The notes under the pieces: generated by a model
The model's input: the letters and a program-made list of their open reading frames with translations, nothing else
Databases searched by the model: none
Told to the model about the DNA's origin: nothing
Position numbers and translations under genes: made by a program
Shown here: positions 52,501 through 62,547 of the stretch, piece after piece
Numbering within the stretch: position 1 is the first letter of the stretch
Layout: each line of letters starts with the position of its first letter
Assembly (NCBI GenBank): GCA_965218585.1
Contig: CBDCLE010000009.1
Span: 106,755-170,754 of the forward strand
From: Terriglobia bacterium
GTDB lineage: Bacteria; Acidobacteriota; Terriglobia; 20CM-2-55-15
Direction of reading: 5' to 3'
Length of the DNA: 64,000 bases

Positions 52501-53250
52501 ATGCGCGACCTGACGCGGGCGCGCGAGGACATGAAGGCGATCGAGGCCAAGGCTCGGCAGCGACTGGGGGCGTTTCTGCTGCGTCATGATCGAGTGTATC
52601 GGGAAGGCAAGAGCCGGTGGACGCAACGGCACTTTCGGTGGCTGGAGGAGCAGCGGTTCGAGCATCCGGTACAGCAGGTGGTGTTTCAGGAATACGTCGA
52701 TACGGTGATGGAGGCGCGCCGCCGCGTGGCGGGCCTGGAAGGGCAGATGCGCGAGGTGTTGGAGCAGTGGTCGCTGCGTCCGATGGTCGAGGCGCTGATC
52801 GCGTTGCGCGGGGTGGATGTGGTCACGGCCATGACGGTGCTGGCCGAACTCGGGGACCTGACGCGTTTTGATTCGCCGCGCGAGTTGATGAGCTTTCTGG
52901 GGCTGGTGCCGAGCGAGCACTCCTCGGGGCCGCGGCGGCGCCAAGGAGCCATCACGAAAACAGGCAATGGACACGTGCGCCGCGTGCTGGTTGAATCGGC
53001 CTGGAGCTACCGGTTCCCTGCGCGCAAAACCAGGCACTTGAGATGCAAGGCGAGTGCGGCGCCGCCAGCAGTACAGGCCATCGCCTGGGCAGCCCAGAAG
53101 CGGCTGTGTGCGCGGTACCGGCATCTGTATAGCGCGGGCAAGGCGAAGTGCGTGGTCACCACCGCGGTGGCCCGCGAGCTGGTGGGGTTCATCTGGGCGA
53201 TTGCTTGCGAGGTGATGGGCCGAGCCCATGCAACGCGGGCGCGGAGCTGA
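52501..53250 (+). pseudogene. IS110-family recombinase, C-terminal two-thirds
   Basis: AELGDLTRF, GLVPSEHSSG (catalytic Ser), ITKTGN..RRVLVESAW, TAVAREL; RuvC/DEDD N-terminus absent. Confidence 0.9.
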
Positions 53251-53660
53251 GAGATGGGCCGGAGTTCTCCACACCTTGCCACTGCTCCGCCATGTATTCG
53301 AAGCACGCGGTGCCATGGACAAGGTGTGGAAAACTCCTCCGACGCCTCCCCGGGCGCAATGCCATCATGCGCTTCCGGAGCAAGGCTGGACCCAAAAAAC
53401 GTAATGTGTTGGATTCAGGGCGTGGCAGGCCGGTGAGGAGAATCCTCGTGCACGCTATGAGAGGCTTGGCTCAGCCAGACCGACCCACGTCCTTAGACCG
53501 AGGCAGCTCCGCGACGAAGTGATGTCAGGTGGTAGCCAACCCACGAATATCAGAGTGATCCACCGTCGCGAATCATGCCGGCCGCGCCCTGAATCCAGCA
53601 CATTGAAGGAGGCGCATTCGAGAAACGTAACGGAAGATTGACAGGGTCAATCCATATCAG
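53251..53660 (+). ncRNA. IS110 3' non-coding end, candidate bridge/seek-type RNA
   Basis: About 410 nt; 24-bp stem 53403-53426/53581-53604 with two U-G pairs; hairpin 53261-53337; TTGACA near the presumed end CCATATCAG. Confidence 0.6.
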
Positions 53661-53692
53661 CGTAGGATTTCGCCCCCTGCCGGACTCGACCC

Positions 53693-53912
53693 CAAAAAGA
53701 AAGAAAACGGAGGCCTGTGGAAGATGCCGCCGCTGATGGAAATCCTAAACCCAGGATTCCCGCAGCAGCTTGGAAAAGCCTCGCCAAGAACGCTCGGCTT
53801 TCCCACATCTCCACACAGGCCCGGCGGTGATCATCACTACCGTGAACTATTAACCGAGGGGGTGGGCCAAATCAGCTGATCAAAAGTGGGCCATACCGGG
53901 TGGACAAAACCA
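53693..53912 (+). mobile_element. IS21 right-end remnant
   Basis: Homologous to 47573-47784; ends GGTGGACAAAACCA. Confidence 0.8.
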
Positions 53913-54187
53913 ACATCCCATGGGAGGACGCGGACCGCGTGCGGCAGCTCATCACCGAGACCATTCCCTCCCGGGTCGCCGGGGACACCGCCTTCAGGAA
54001 CGCCCGGCGGAACTCGGACGAGGAGAACGCACGCATTGAGCACGGCAAGACGCTGCTCCGCGTGATGATGTCCGTGATGAAGGATGACACCGGGCTGTTC
54101 AAGCAGTTCGTGGACAACGAGGGCTTCAATCGGTGGATGACCGATGCGGTGTGCAGGCTTGTATACGATCATGCCGATGCGCCGTAA
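53912..54187 (+). pseudogene. hsdR: Type I restriction enzyme R subunit, C-terminal fragment
   Basis: NSD..NARIEH, KDDT.LFKQF.DNE.F.RW.TD resembles HsdR C-termini; begins at the IS21 end. Confidence 0.6.
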
Positions 54188-54448
54188 GCCGCGCAAGAAC
54201 CGCCGCCCCTAGATGTGTCAGGGTGGAGTATACATCAACCTGACATGCTCAATGGAGGCTCGCAGCCTCCGGCAGAAGCACCTCGGCGTCCTGATCGACG
54301 TCGACTATATACCTGGATTGAACTTGGGCCCGGCCGTGAGCTACCGGGCATCGGTGCTCCCTGCGGCCGCATCCCCGCGGCTGGAGTGTCGCGCACCCTG
54401 TTAGAATGTGCGTCTTCGCTCGGAATCCGGCGGATAGAAGGAGGAGAG

Positions 54449-55861
54449 ATGCGTGAAGTGAACCCGACCTGCGGGAGCTTGAGCCGTGGCCGATTCAGAG
54501 GCCGGGCCGTTCGGGCTTTCAGGTTTGCGGCGCTACTGGCGTTGCTGGCGATCCCGACCCCTGCATCTGCGCAGGTGACCGATGAGTCCCAGTTTGTTTT
54601 CAATACGCTTTCCTTTCTCCTCTGGGGCGGTTTGGTGATGTGGATGGCGGCCGGATTCACCATGCTTGAGGCCGGGTCGGTGCGCGCGAAGAACGCGTCA
54701 GTCATCTGCCTGAAGAACATCGGCCTGTACGCGATTGCCGGGATTGCATACTACGTCATTGGTTACAACCTGATGTACGTTGATGTGGGGCGCTGGCTCG
54801 GGTCGTTCACGCTGTTATACGGCCCGTCGCCGGAGGAGGTGGCACTGCTGGGAGGCCAGGCGGACGCGGCTACGCAGGCTGCGGTGATCGCCAACGGGTA
54901 CGCATCGATGTCGGACTGGTTTTTTCAGATGGTTTTCGTGGCGACAGCGGCGTCGATTGTGTCGGGGGCGTTGGCCGAGCGTATCAAGATGTGGTCTTTC
55001 TTTATCTTCACGCTGGTGCTGACGGGGATCATCTATCCGGTCATGGGCGCTTGGACCTGGGGAGGCGGATGGCTGGCCCAGCTGGGGTTCCAGGACTTCG
55101 CTGGTTCGACCATCGTACATGGTACCGGGGGATGGGCGGCACTGGCCGGTGCGCTAATGATCGGACCGCGTCTGGGCAAGTTTCGCAAAGACGGAACTGC
55201 CCGCCCGACGCCGCCGTCAAATGTCCCGATCGTGACGCTGGGGGTGTTCATTCTCTGGTTCGGTTGGTTCGGCTTCAACGGCGGGTCACAACTCGCGCTG
55301 GGAAGCGCCGCCGACGTGGTCGCGATGAGTCAAGTTCTGGTCAACACGAACTTGGCCGGCGCGTCCGGGGTCATTGCGGCCATCGCCGTGTCTCGTCCGC
55401 TTCTGGGGCGTGTGGATCTGCTTGTCGGGTTGAACGGAGCCATTGCGGGCCTGGTTTCGATCACGGCCGGACCCGGACTCGTGGGGCAGCACTGGGCGAT
55501 CCTAATCGGCGCTATCGGTGGCATCCTCTGTGCGGCCGGGATGAAGCTGCTGGAAACACTCCGGGTAGACGACGTGGTCGGGGCCATCCCAGCCCACCTG
55601 TTTGCGGGCGTCTGGGGCACGCTGGCGGTCGGCATCTTCGGCGGCGGCAGCGTTGGGGCGCAGTTGCTGGGCATCGTGGTCGTCGGGGCATTTGTCTTCC
55701 TCTTCTCGTGTCTGCTCTGGAAGGTCCTGGCCATGACGCTGGGCATCCGGGTATCGGAGCAAGTGGAGCAGTTGGGACAGGATACGGCCGAGCTGGGAAT
55801 CGAGGCGTATCCGGAGTTTGTCCTCATGCCGGAAGACTACGACCGCAGCGAATCGACTTGA
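54449..55861 (+). CDS. amtB: Ammonium transporter
   Basis: AAGGAGGAG RBS; GFTMLEAG, FFQMVF, SGALAER, DFAGSTIVH, WFGFNGGS, DDVVGAIPAH. Confidence 0.95.
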   Translation: MREVNPTCGSLSRGRFRGRAVRAFRFAALLALLAIPTPASAQVTDESQFVFNTLSFLLWGGLVMWMAAGFTMLEAGSVRAKNASVICLKNIGLYAIAGIAYYVIGYNLMYVDVGRWLGSFTLLYGPSPEEVALLGGQADAATQAAVIANGYASMSDWFFQMVFVATAASIVSGALAERIKMWSFFIFTLVLTGIIYPVMGAWTWGGGWLAQLGFQDFAGSTIVHGTGGWAALAGALMIGPRLGKFRKDGTARPTPPSNVPIVTLGVFILWFGWFGFNGGSQLALGSAADVVAMSQVLVNTNLAGASGVIAAIAVSRPLLGRVDLLVGLNGAIAGLVSITAGPGLVGQHWAILIGAIGGILCAAGMKLLETLRVDDVVGAIPAHLFAGVWGTLAVGIFGGGSVGAQLLGIVVVGAFVFLFSCLLWKVLAMTLGIRVSEQVEQLGQDTAELGIEAYPEFVLMPEDYDRSEST

Positions 55862-55883
55862 TCGGCCCCACCGACACGCCTAG

Positions 55884-56005
55884 CAGCCTGTCGGACTTTC
55901 GGCGTAAGTCCTTTGTTTTCAACGACGGCCCTTTTCAGCTCGAAACTGTAAACACAGTCATATCAATGGCTTAGATTTTCGATTTGGTGTTAGTCCGACA
56001 GGCTG
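55884..56005. mobile_element. 122-bp MITE
   Basis: Perfect 14-bp TIR CAGCCTGTCGGACT/AGTCCGACAGGCTG with CTAG on both sides. Confidence 0.85.
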
Positions 56006-56144
56006 CTAGAGATCCGCTTCGAATGAAACAGAGGCAGTGTTCGGGAATACAGCGCTTCCCACCCCAGCATCCCTAAATCGGGCCGCGGTGTCGTCTGCTC
56101 GCTCCCGCATCCCTGTGAACGAGGGTCGTGGAAGAGAGGTCGAA

Positions 56145-56245
56145 ATGGCGAAGCAGCGACACAGCGTCGAGCAGATCGTGCGCAAGCTGAGGGAGGCGGA
56201 GGTCGAGCTGGCCAAGAGAGGGAGGGTCAAAGAGGTGTGCCGGAC
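56145..56245 (+). pseudogene. IS3-family OrfA fragment
   Basis: MAKQRHSVEQIVRKLREAEVELA..VKEVCR then breaks off. Confidence 0.75.
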
Positions 56246-56559
56246 CCGCCGCCAGGGCCTAGCTGTTGCATTGTGGCACCCTCTTTGATCTGCTCCCAAA
56301 CGAACTGACTTATTGCCGCACGCTCGATTCCGAGGGGCTTCAAAAGCATCGTAATCCGATCAATCAAGTCTGCAACCTCTGTTTGAGCCTCCATAACCCT
56401 TGGAAGGAGCCCGCTGTCCTCCAATTCCGGAGTTTCGAAATGCAGGAACAGCCTGAGCACATCGGCGAGGGAAGCATTGACTGGTAAATCGGCAGTCCTT
56501 ACTCCAATCGGCCGAATCGTAATGCGAGGGTGCCTAAAAGCGAGATTGGCTGCTTTCAA
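56227..56559 (-). CDS. Hypothetical protein or fragment
   Basis: 110-aa ORF; no recognised motif. Confidence 0.3.
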   Translation of the reverse strand: MKAANLAFRHPRITIRPIGVRTADLPVNASLADVLRLFLHFETPELEDSGLLPRVMEAQTEVADLIDRITMLLKPLGIERAAISQFVWEQIKEGATMQQLGPGGGSGTPL

Positions 56560-56856
56560 TTCGCCCTCATGAATCGAAACAACAACAGATGCTGCGGACA
56601 GGTTGCGGAGGCTTCACACTCCGGTTGCTCGGCGCTAACGAGTGCTGAGTGTGATACAGTCCACCACATATTGTGTTTCCTCCACCATCCCACTCTGAGC
56701 GGGTGCGGCGTTAGCCGTGTCCGCTCTTTTTTCTTGTTACGGTAAAAGAAAGGAGGCTGTTCGGAGTGACCGGATGTTCCGGCCTGGAAAGTGTCTCTTA
56801 GTTTTTCAGCGGATTCTGTGCGCAATGCTCTGACAGGCTACATGCGACAGTACCCT

Positions 56857-57234
56857 TCAGATGCTTATTCTGCGCGATGGCTGCAGCCCGAGCTTGAAAT
56901 TCAGGCGCTCAGAAATCTCCTTGGGAAGCGGGACGGTGCCGTCAGAATCCGGAGTAATCAGTCGGGCTACTTCGTCTTGCCCCATCGCGACCCGGAACCA
57001 TTGTTCGCGATCTGACATCACCCGGTACTGACGCTCGTCCGCCGTGCCGGCCAGATACGGCAAATATACAAAGATTGGGTGTCGCCCCTGCGCCTTGCAA
57101 CCGATACGATCGACGCGGCCCGTCCGTTGTTCGATAGTGCTGGGATTCCAGGCCAGATCGTGATGGATCACGTGGCGGCAGAACCGCTGGAGATCGACCC
57201 CCTCCCCCATGACCTCGCTGCATACCAGGATGTC
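56857..57234 (-). pseudogene. SF2 (SNF2-like) helicase C-terminal fragment
   Basis: SEVMGEGVDLQ, HHDLAWNPS.IEQR.GRVDRIG. Confidence 0.85.
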
Positions 57235-57331
57235 GTTACCTCCATCATCCGCTCCGACTGCTACCGGCTGGAGCGACAGTTGCCGGGCGGGGTTCGCACC
57301 CGCTGAGGATTGGCACCTTCTCACGGCGCAC
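57226..57331 (-). ncRNA. Group II intron 5' fragment
   Basis: Reverse strand GTGCGCCGTGAGAAGGTGC..GCGGGTGCGAACCCCGCCCGGCAACTGTCGCTCCAGCCGGTAGCAGTCGGAGCGG. Confidence 0.65.
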
Positions 57332-57557
57332 CGTAGGATTACTCTAAGGACACTGACGGAAATTATCTTGCCATGTGGTACGCGCGCCAACCCACAAACA
57401 AAGGGCTGGGTGTGGGTGCAGTTAGCAACTTTATATCGATCACTGTCCTAAGGGTCGCTTTCGGCGTCGAGTGTTAAGCGCGGCTCCTCCAGGGATAGAG
57501 TTTCAACGGACAGGCGTTGGTTCGATGCCGGCACAAGCCGTCCTGAAGCCATTGGCG

Positions 57558-57630
57558 CGTCTCAAAAACGATGGTTCCGGTTCCGAGACGGTTCAGAATA
57601 AATAGACGGATAAAGAGACGGTCTCGAACC
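57558..57630. promoter_or_regulatory. Possible res site upstream of the serine recombinase
   Basis: CGTCTC...GAGACG inverted motif and repeated AGACGG. Confidence 0.35.
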
Positions 57631-57650
57631 CCTTGAACGGCACTCAAAGT

Positions 57651-57801
57651 ATGCCCGCAGAAACCGTCCTAGAATCGAACGATATTGAGACGGTGGCCCG
57701 CCTGGGCGACACCCTGGGCTACGCTCGCGTCTCGACCCACGACCAGAATCCCGACGCCCAGCGCGACCGGCTCATTGAGGCGGGCGCCATTCGCGTCTTC
57801 A
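57651..57801 (+). pseudogene. Serine resolvase N-terminal fragment
   Basis: LGYARVST.DQ...Q...L..AG...VF, then joins the antisense of the NHL gene. Confidence 0.85.
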
Positions 57802-60046
57802 ACTCCCCGTTCTCGTTGATTCGCAGTCGGAGTCCAACCACGGCCACATCACCCGTGGAGGCGACCCGGAGCACCCCGGAAAAGTTGTCCGGCAGTGTAA
57901 ATATCTCGTCGATAAAACTGGCAATCTGGCCCGACGGTGGAAGCGATAGCGTGGAAGGAGCGACCGCCAGCGATCCATCGAGGCGCGTCACCTCCAGCGT
58001 CACAGTGTTGGATGCGGACGCTGTGTTGGTAATGGCCAGTCCGCTTCGGATCGAACCCGCCTGTTCGGGCGTTCCAGACGCTTCGACATAGGCCCGGAAT
58101 GCCGATCCCTTCGGTGACGCGGGCACACCAGCTTCCGAAACGGTCTTTCCGTCTTGGGAATAAGAAAAGACAACGAGTTCCGAGGGGGCCGCGTTTCCGC
58201 CCTCAGGTGTCACTCTCACAGAGCCAACAGCCACTCTGCCAGCGGGATTCGATGTGGTGAACTTCTGAGCGCTGCGGGAAGGAATCGAATAGTCAAAGCT
58301 TGATCCGGTCTGGCCATCGTCCAGCGTCAGGACCACGGGAGCGGCCGCCACCGTGTCGCTGCCCGGTCCAAGGAACACGGCTGTTCCCGTAATCGTCCGA
58401 TCCGTCGGGTTCACGAGAACGACCTGAGTCACCCATCCATTGCCATCCGCGAAATGGGGGAAGTAGGCCGTATCCGAAGTGGTTGACGACAGGGGTGCGA
58501 CCGGGAGCGTCGTCATCAGAAACTCACCGGCTTCGTTGGTGAATCCCCGGAGGGCGACGACAGCGACTGGCACCGATGAGGTAAACGTAAAGGTTCCCAA
58601 TACGGAGGGGCCACCGTTGAATGGCGCCTGATCCAGGAATTTCGCCGTCTGCTCGTGCGCGCCGAGCTCGAAGCTGCCGCCCGCGAAACGGGTGCCGCTG
58701 GTGTCGGTGAAATAGAAGCGGATCGTGGCCGGCATGTCGTTCGGATTGGCGATCGCCAGGCCGGTATTGACCGGGCCGTTCACCTCGGCAAATATCCTCC
58801 CCTCCTGGGACGGCTCAACGGCTGGCACACCCGCTTCGGAAATGAGTACACCTTCACTGTCCCTGAATTGGAAAATCGCGATCCCTGCCGGGGTGCTTGA
58901 ACCCGCGTCAGCACGGATTCGCCCATAGCCCACTCTCAGGGTCTCCGTCGTTCCGCTGCTCGTGGTGGATTTGCCTCCACGATCCGGGATTGAAAACGGT
59001 TCGGGCTCAGGACTAGCCAGCAGCGTCAGCTTGCGTATGCGGTGGTTGTCGGAATCGGCGATGTAGAGGTTGCCCGCCCCGTCCACCGCCACGCCACGGG
59101 GAGAGTAGAGCTGCGCCTGACTCGCCAGACCACCGTCCCCGCCGAACCCACTCTCCCCCGTCCCCACGATGGTGGTGATAGCCCCTGTAGAGTCCACTTT
59201 GCGTATGCGGTTGTTCAAGGTATCGGCGATGTAGAGATTGCCCGCCCCGTCCACCGCCACGCCACGGGGAGAGTAAAGCTGCGTCTGACTCAACGGACCC
59301 CCGTCCCTGAACTCTCCCGAGCCCGCAACGGTGGTGATGGCCCCTGTAGAGTCCACTTTGCGTATGCTGTTGTTCAAGGTATCGGCGATGTAGAGGTTGC
59401 CCGCGCCATCGACCCCCACGCCTTGGGGGCGGTTGATCTGCGCCTGACTCGCCGGACCGCCGTCTCCACTGAAGCCGAATTCCCCTGTACCTGCAACAGT
59501 GGTGATCGTTCCCGTGGAATCAACCTTGCGAATGCGGTGGTTACTGATATCGGCGATGTAGAGGTTGCCCGCGCCATCCACCGCCACGCCAGAGGGGGTG
59601 CCGAGCAGCGCTGCGGTTGCCGGACCGCCGTCTCCACTGAAGCCGAATTCCCCTGTACCCGCAACAGTGGTGATCGTTCCCGTGGAATCAACCTTGCGAA
59701 TGCGGTGGTTACTGATATCGGCGATGTAAAGGTTGCCCGTAGCGTCCACCGCCACGTCTGCGGGGGTGCGGAGCTGCGCCTGACTCGCCGGACCTCCATC
59801 CATTAACAGTGGCCGCCCGGCGAGCGTATCAATTCTATAGCTGGCCTGAGGTTGCGCTCCGGCCACTGCGGTGAGTAGGGCCAGGCAGGCGAGAAAAGAG
59901 CCAAGAGTGAATTTAGAGAGGGCCTTGCACCTGGCCAGAATGCGCCCTGCGGACCGCCCATAGGCCCGCCAACTCCACGAGATTTTTGAAGAAGTTTTGC
60001 AAGGCAAAGGTTCCTGGCAGCAGCTTGTTGACCTCCGCGAGCGCAC
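57797..60046 (-). CDS. Secreted NHL-repeat protein, 3'-truncated, start uncertain
   Basis: Five repeats GDGG.A..A.L..P.GVAVD..GNLYIAD..N.RIRKV followed by a beta-rich domain. Confidence 0.85.
59035..59800 (-). repeat. NHL coding tandem repeats
   Basis: ATGTA anchor of YIAD at 59061, 59229, 59388, 59556, 59724 (spacing 168, 159, 168, 168). Confidence 0.9.
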
Positions 60047-60052
60047 TAGAGT

Positions 60053-60238
60053 TTAGCTGGAAACGAACTCGGTCCCCAGGAAATAGAAATTGTCGAAGAT
60101 CTTGAAGGGTTCGCGTCCCCGATCGGCAAGATCGAAGCTCTCAGGTATGCCGCGCTGTGGCTGTGTGATCGCGTTGCCGTTGATCAATAACGTACGGAAC
60201 AGCGTCGCGATGACGATACGCTTCACTCGGTTCGACAT
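60053..60238 (-). pseudogene. Metallo-beta-lactamase-fold (B3-like) N-terminal fragment
   Basis: EPFKIFDNFYFLGTEFVSS then stop. Confidence 0.5.
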
Positions 60239-60279
60239 GTCGTTCTGCTTTTCACGCCTGATGGGTTCAGGAAGAAATC

Positions 60280-62538
60280 CTAGAAACGACGAGTGTAAAC
60301 CAGCTTGGATGCGAGCTGGCGATCGAACGTCTGGAGTCCGTCCACAGGGTCGCTGAGCCAGTTGTGGTTGTACACCAGATAGAGGTCGTTGCCGGGGTTC
60401 AGAATCCAGCGGAATCGGGCCTGCCAGCCAAGGTTCCGGCTCTCGTTGTCGTATTGAATGATACTGGCGAGGGAGATCCACGGGCTGAACTGCACGTTCA
60501 CGTCTCCTTCGAAGAGACTGACCGAGAAACTGCCCTCGGGGAGTTCGATCCGCGTCCATTCGTTTTCCAGTCCGATGGACAGGCCGTTTCGAGGTCGAAT
60601 TGACAGACGCGGCTCGAAATCACGGCGGCTCCCGCTGAAGTAGTCGCCCCATCGGAGCGCTGCCTCAAGAGCCACGGGCCGTCGGTTGCTCATCTCCCAT
60701 TCGAGCTGGTAGCTGTTGAACAGGTACTGGTTTCCGGCCGCCAGGACAACGGAATCGTCCGGTCCCATTTCGAAATTCCTCTCGAGCCTTTCGAACTCGC
60801 GATTGATGCTGAACTCGAAGCTGTCTCCCGAATGAAAGTTGATCTCGAGCAGGCCGAAGCTGATTCTCTGCGAAAGCATGACATTTCGACTGTCGTCTGT
60901 CTGTTCGAAGCTCAGGCTCCACTGGAACTGTCGGATCAGGGGATGATTCCGCGGACGGGGTGCGAACCGAAGAAAGGTATCGTACTCTTTAATGCCGCGC
61001 CTGAAGATGAAACCCACGGCAGGATCGAAATTCTGCTGGGTTTCCGTAAGACCTATTCTTCCCGACCAGAGATCGTTGAAGTAATTGATCGATGCCCCGT
61101 AGCGGGCGTTATCACCGGTATCGTCGGCATTCGTGGTCCTGACGTAGTGCGAATCGAAGGAGAGGTTCTTGTCGCCCATGAAGCGGCTGGTCCTCAGGTT
61201 GAGATCGAATCCCAGAGTTTCGAGTGCGGGCCCGATGGCCGTCGGGTCTGCAGCCTGATCCTGGCGTGTGCTGCGGCGCGTGTAGAGCATTCCGAAGTGG
61301 GATTCGCTCAGGAAGCGGCGCGCGCCTCTGAAAACCGTAAAGTCTTCTCCGGAACGACCCCCGTCTTCCCCGGTACGCACCTGGAGTACACCAATATTCT
61401 GAGCACCGGCCTGCCCGGTCAGCTTGACCCCGTAGTCGATCCGCTGGGGCTGCCCCTGGGTCAGACCGATCCGGCGGCTGAAGAAAGCGTCACCAAACCC
61501 GGAGAGCGAAAAGAAGTTACTGCCTTCGATGAAGAACTCTCGTTTCTCCGGAAAGCGAAGGGAAAACCGCGTCAAGTTGACCTGCCGGTTGTCCACCTCG
61601 GTTTCCGCAAAGTCAGTGTTTACGGTGAAGTTGGCCCTGAGGCTCGGCGTCACGTTGTAGACGAAATCGACTCCCGCATCCCCGGTATAAGAGGCGTCGG
61701 TACCTCTTCCTGGAGAAGATATTGCCCTTCCCGTAGCGAAGGGTTTGACATCCAGACCGACCCCCTGGCTGATTTCCGACATGCCGACGATCAGGCCGGC
61801 ATTGGACATTCTGCGTAGGCCGCCACGATCGCGTTGATGTCCGTTCCAGATCGTTTCTTCATTCTTTCGCCGAACTGTCCGCTGGAAATTGATGCCCCAG
61901 GCCTGAGTGTTCGGGTCGAAGTTCAGGGTGCGGAACGGCATTTCGATCTCCAGGACCCATCCGATGTCGCTTCTGCGTGCCTGGGCATCCCAGATTCCGT
62001 CCCAGGCGCCGCCACCGCCGCCGAATCCACTATCACCATCAAACCCGCCGCCGCCGAATCCACCGCCGCCACTGACGAGCTGGTCGCCCATGGCTCCCGA
62101 TGGGTTCATCTCGAAGAAATAGCCGGTACGTTCGTCCAGATAGGTGTCGAAGACCCACATGAAGCGGTCGTCAGCGTTCAGGAAGGCGTCCCGCTGCATG
62201 GTGTTCCCCATGAGCTGATCCGGTTGGGAGTCGTAGAGGATGACTCCCATGTACATCGTCGTGTCATTGAAGAGAATGTACACCTCGGTCGGTTCGGTCG
62301 CAGCGGCCCCATTGTCGGGATCGATCTGGACGAACCCGGTTGCGGGTTCCGCTCGGCCCCAACCCCCTTCGTCGAGGCTCCCGTCGAGGTCGATGTTTTC
62401 CCCAGGCTGTAAACGGGTTGCAGCCATGATTCGTCGGTCTTCGAAACCCTCCGGACTTTCTTGTGCTGCGGCCGGCAGCGTTGTCTGTCCCAGAAAGAGA
62501 CCAGCGAACGTCATAGTTAGAATTCGGATTCGTTTCAT
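60280..62538 (-). CDS. CBM9/DOMON-like plus DUF5916 outer-membrane protein
   Basis: LDGSLDE..W, GW..E...PF, WGINF.R, NTDFAETEVD, FPEKREFF.EG, FFSRRIG, C-terminal Phe. Confidence 0.85.
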   Translation of the reverse strand: MKRIRILTMTFAGLFLGQTTLPAAAQESPEGFEDRRIMAATRLQPGENIDLDGSLDEGGWGRAEPATGFVQIDPDNGAAATEPTEVYILFNDTTMYMGVILYDSQPDQLMGNTMQRDAFLNADDRFMWVFDTYLDERTGYFFEMNPSGAMGDQLVSGGGGFGGGGFDGDSGFGGGGGAWDGIWDAQARRSDIGWVLEIEMPFRTLNFDPNTQAWGINFQRTVRRKNEETIWNGHQRDRGGLRRMSNAGLIVGMSEISQGVGLDVKPFATGRAISSPGRGTDASYTGDAGVDFVYNVTPSLRANFTVNTDFAETEVDNRQVNLTRFSLRFPEKREFFIEGSNFFSLSGFGDAFFSRRIGLTQGQPQRIDYGVKLTGQAGAQNIGVLQVRTGEDGGRSGEDFTVFRGARRFLSESHFGMLYTRRSTRQDQAADPTAIGPALETLGFDLNLRTSRFMGDKNLSFDSHYVRTTNADDTGDNARYGASINYFNDLWSGRIGLTETQQNFDPAVGFIFRRGIKEYDTFLRFAPRPRNHPLIRQFQWSLSFEQTDDSRNVMLSQRISFGLLEINFHSGDSFEFSINREFERLERNFEMGPDDSVVLAAGNQYLFNSYQLEWEMSNRRPVALEAALRWGDYFSGSRRDFEPRLSIRPRNGLSIGLENEWTRIELPEGSFSVSLFEGDVNVQFSPWISLASIIQYDNESRNLGWQARFRWILNPGNDLYLVYNHNWLSDPVDGLQTFDRQLASKLVYTRRF

Positions 62539-62547
62539 ATCGAAGTT

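Larger units (their letters stand above)
51900..53695. repeat. 601-bp inverted duplication with 594-bp spacer
   Basis: 51900-52500 is the reverse complement of 53095-53695; mirror-image ORFs in the ORF track confirm it. Confidence 0.95.

Noticed and set aside
57384-57427. attC-like GCCAAC...GTTAGC hairpin
   Set aside because: Poor fit to RYYYAAC/GTTRRRY, single copy, no integrase
56857-58091. Apparent novel fusion ORFs (56857-57390, 57633-58091)
   Set aside because: They cross fragment junctions (intron/helicase, resolvase/antisense NHL)
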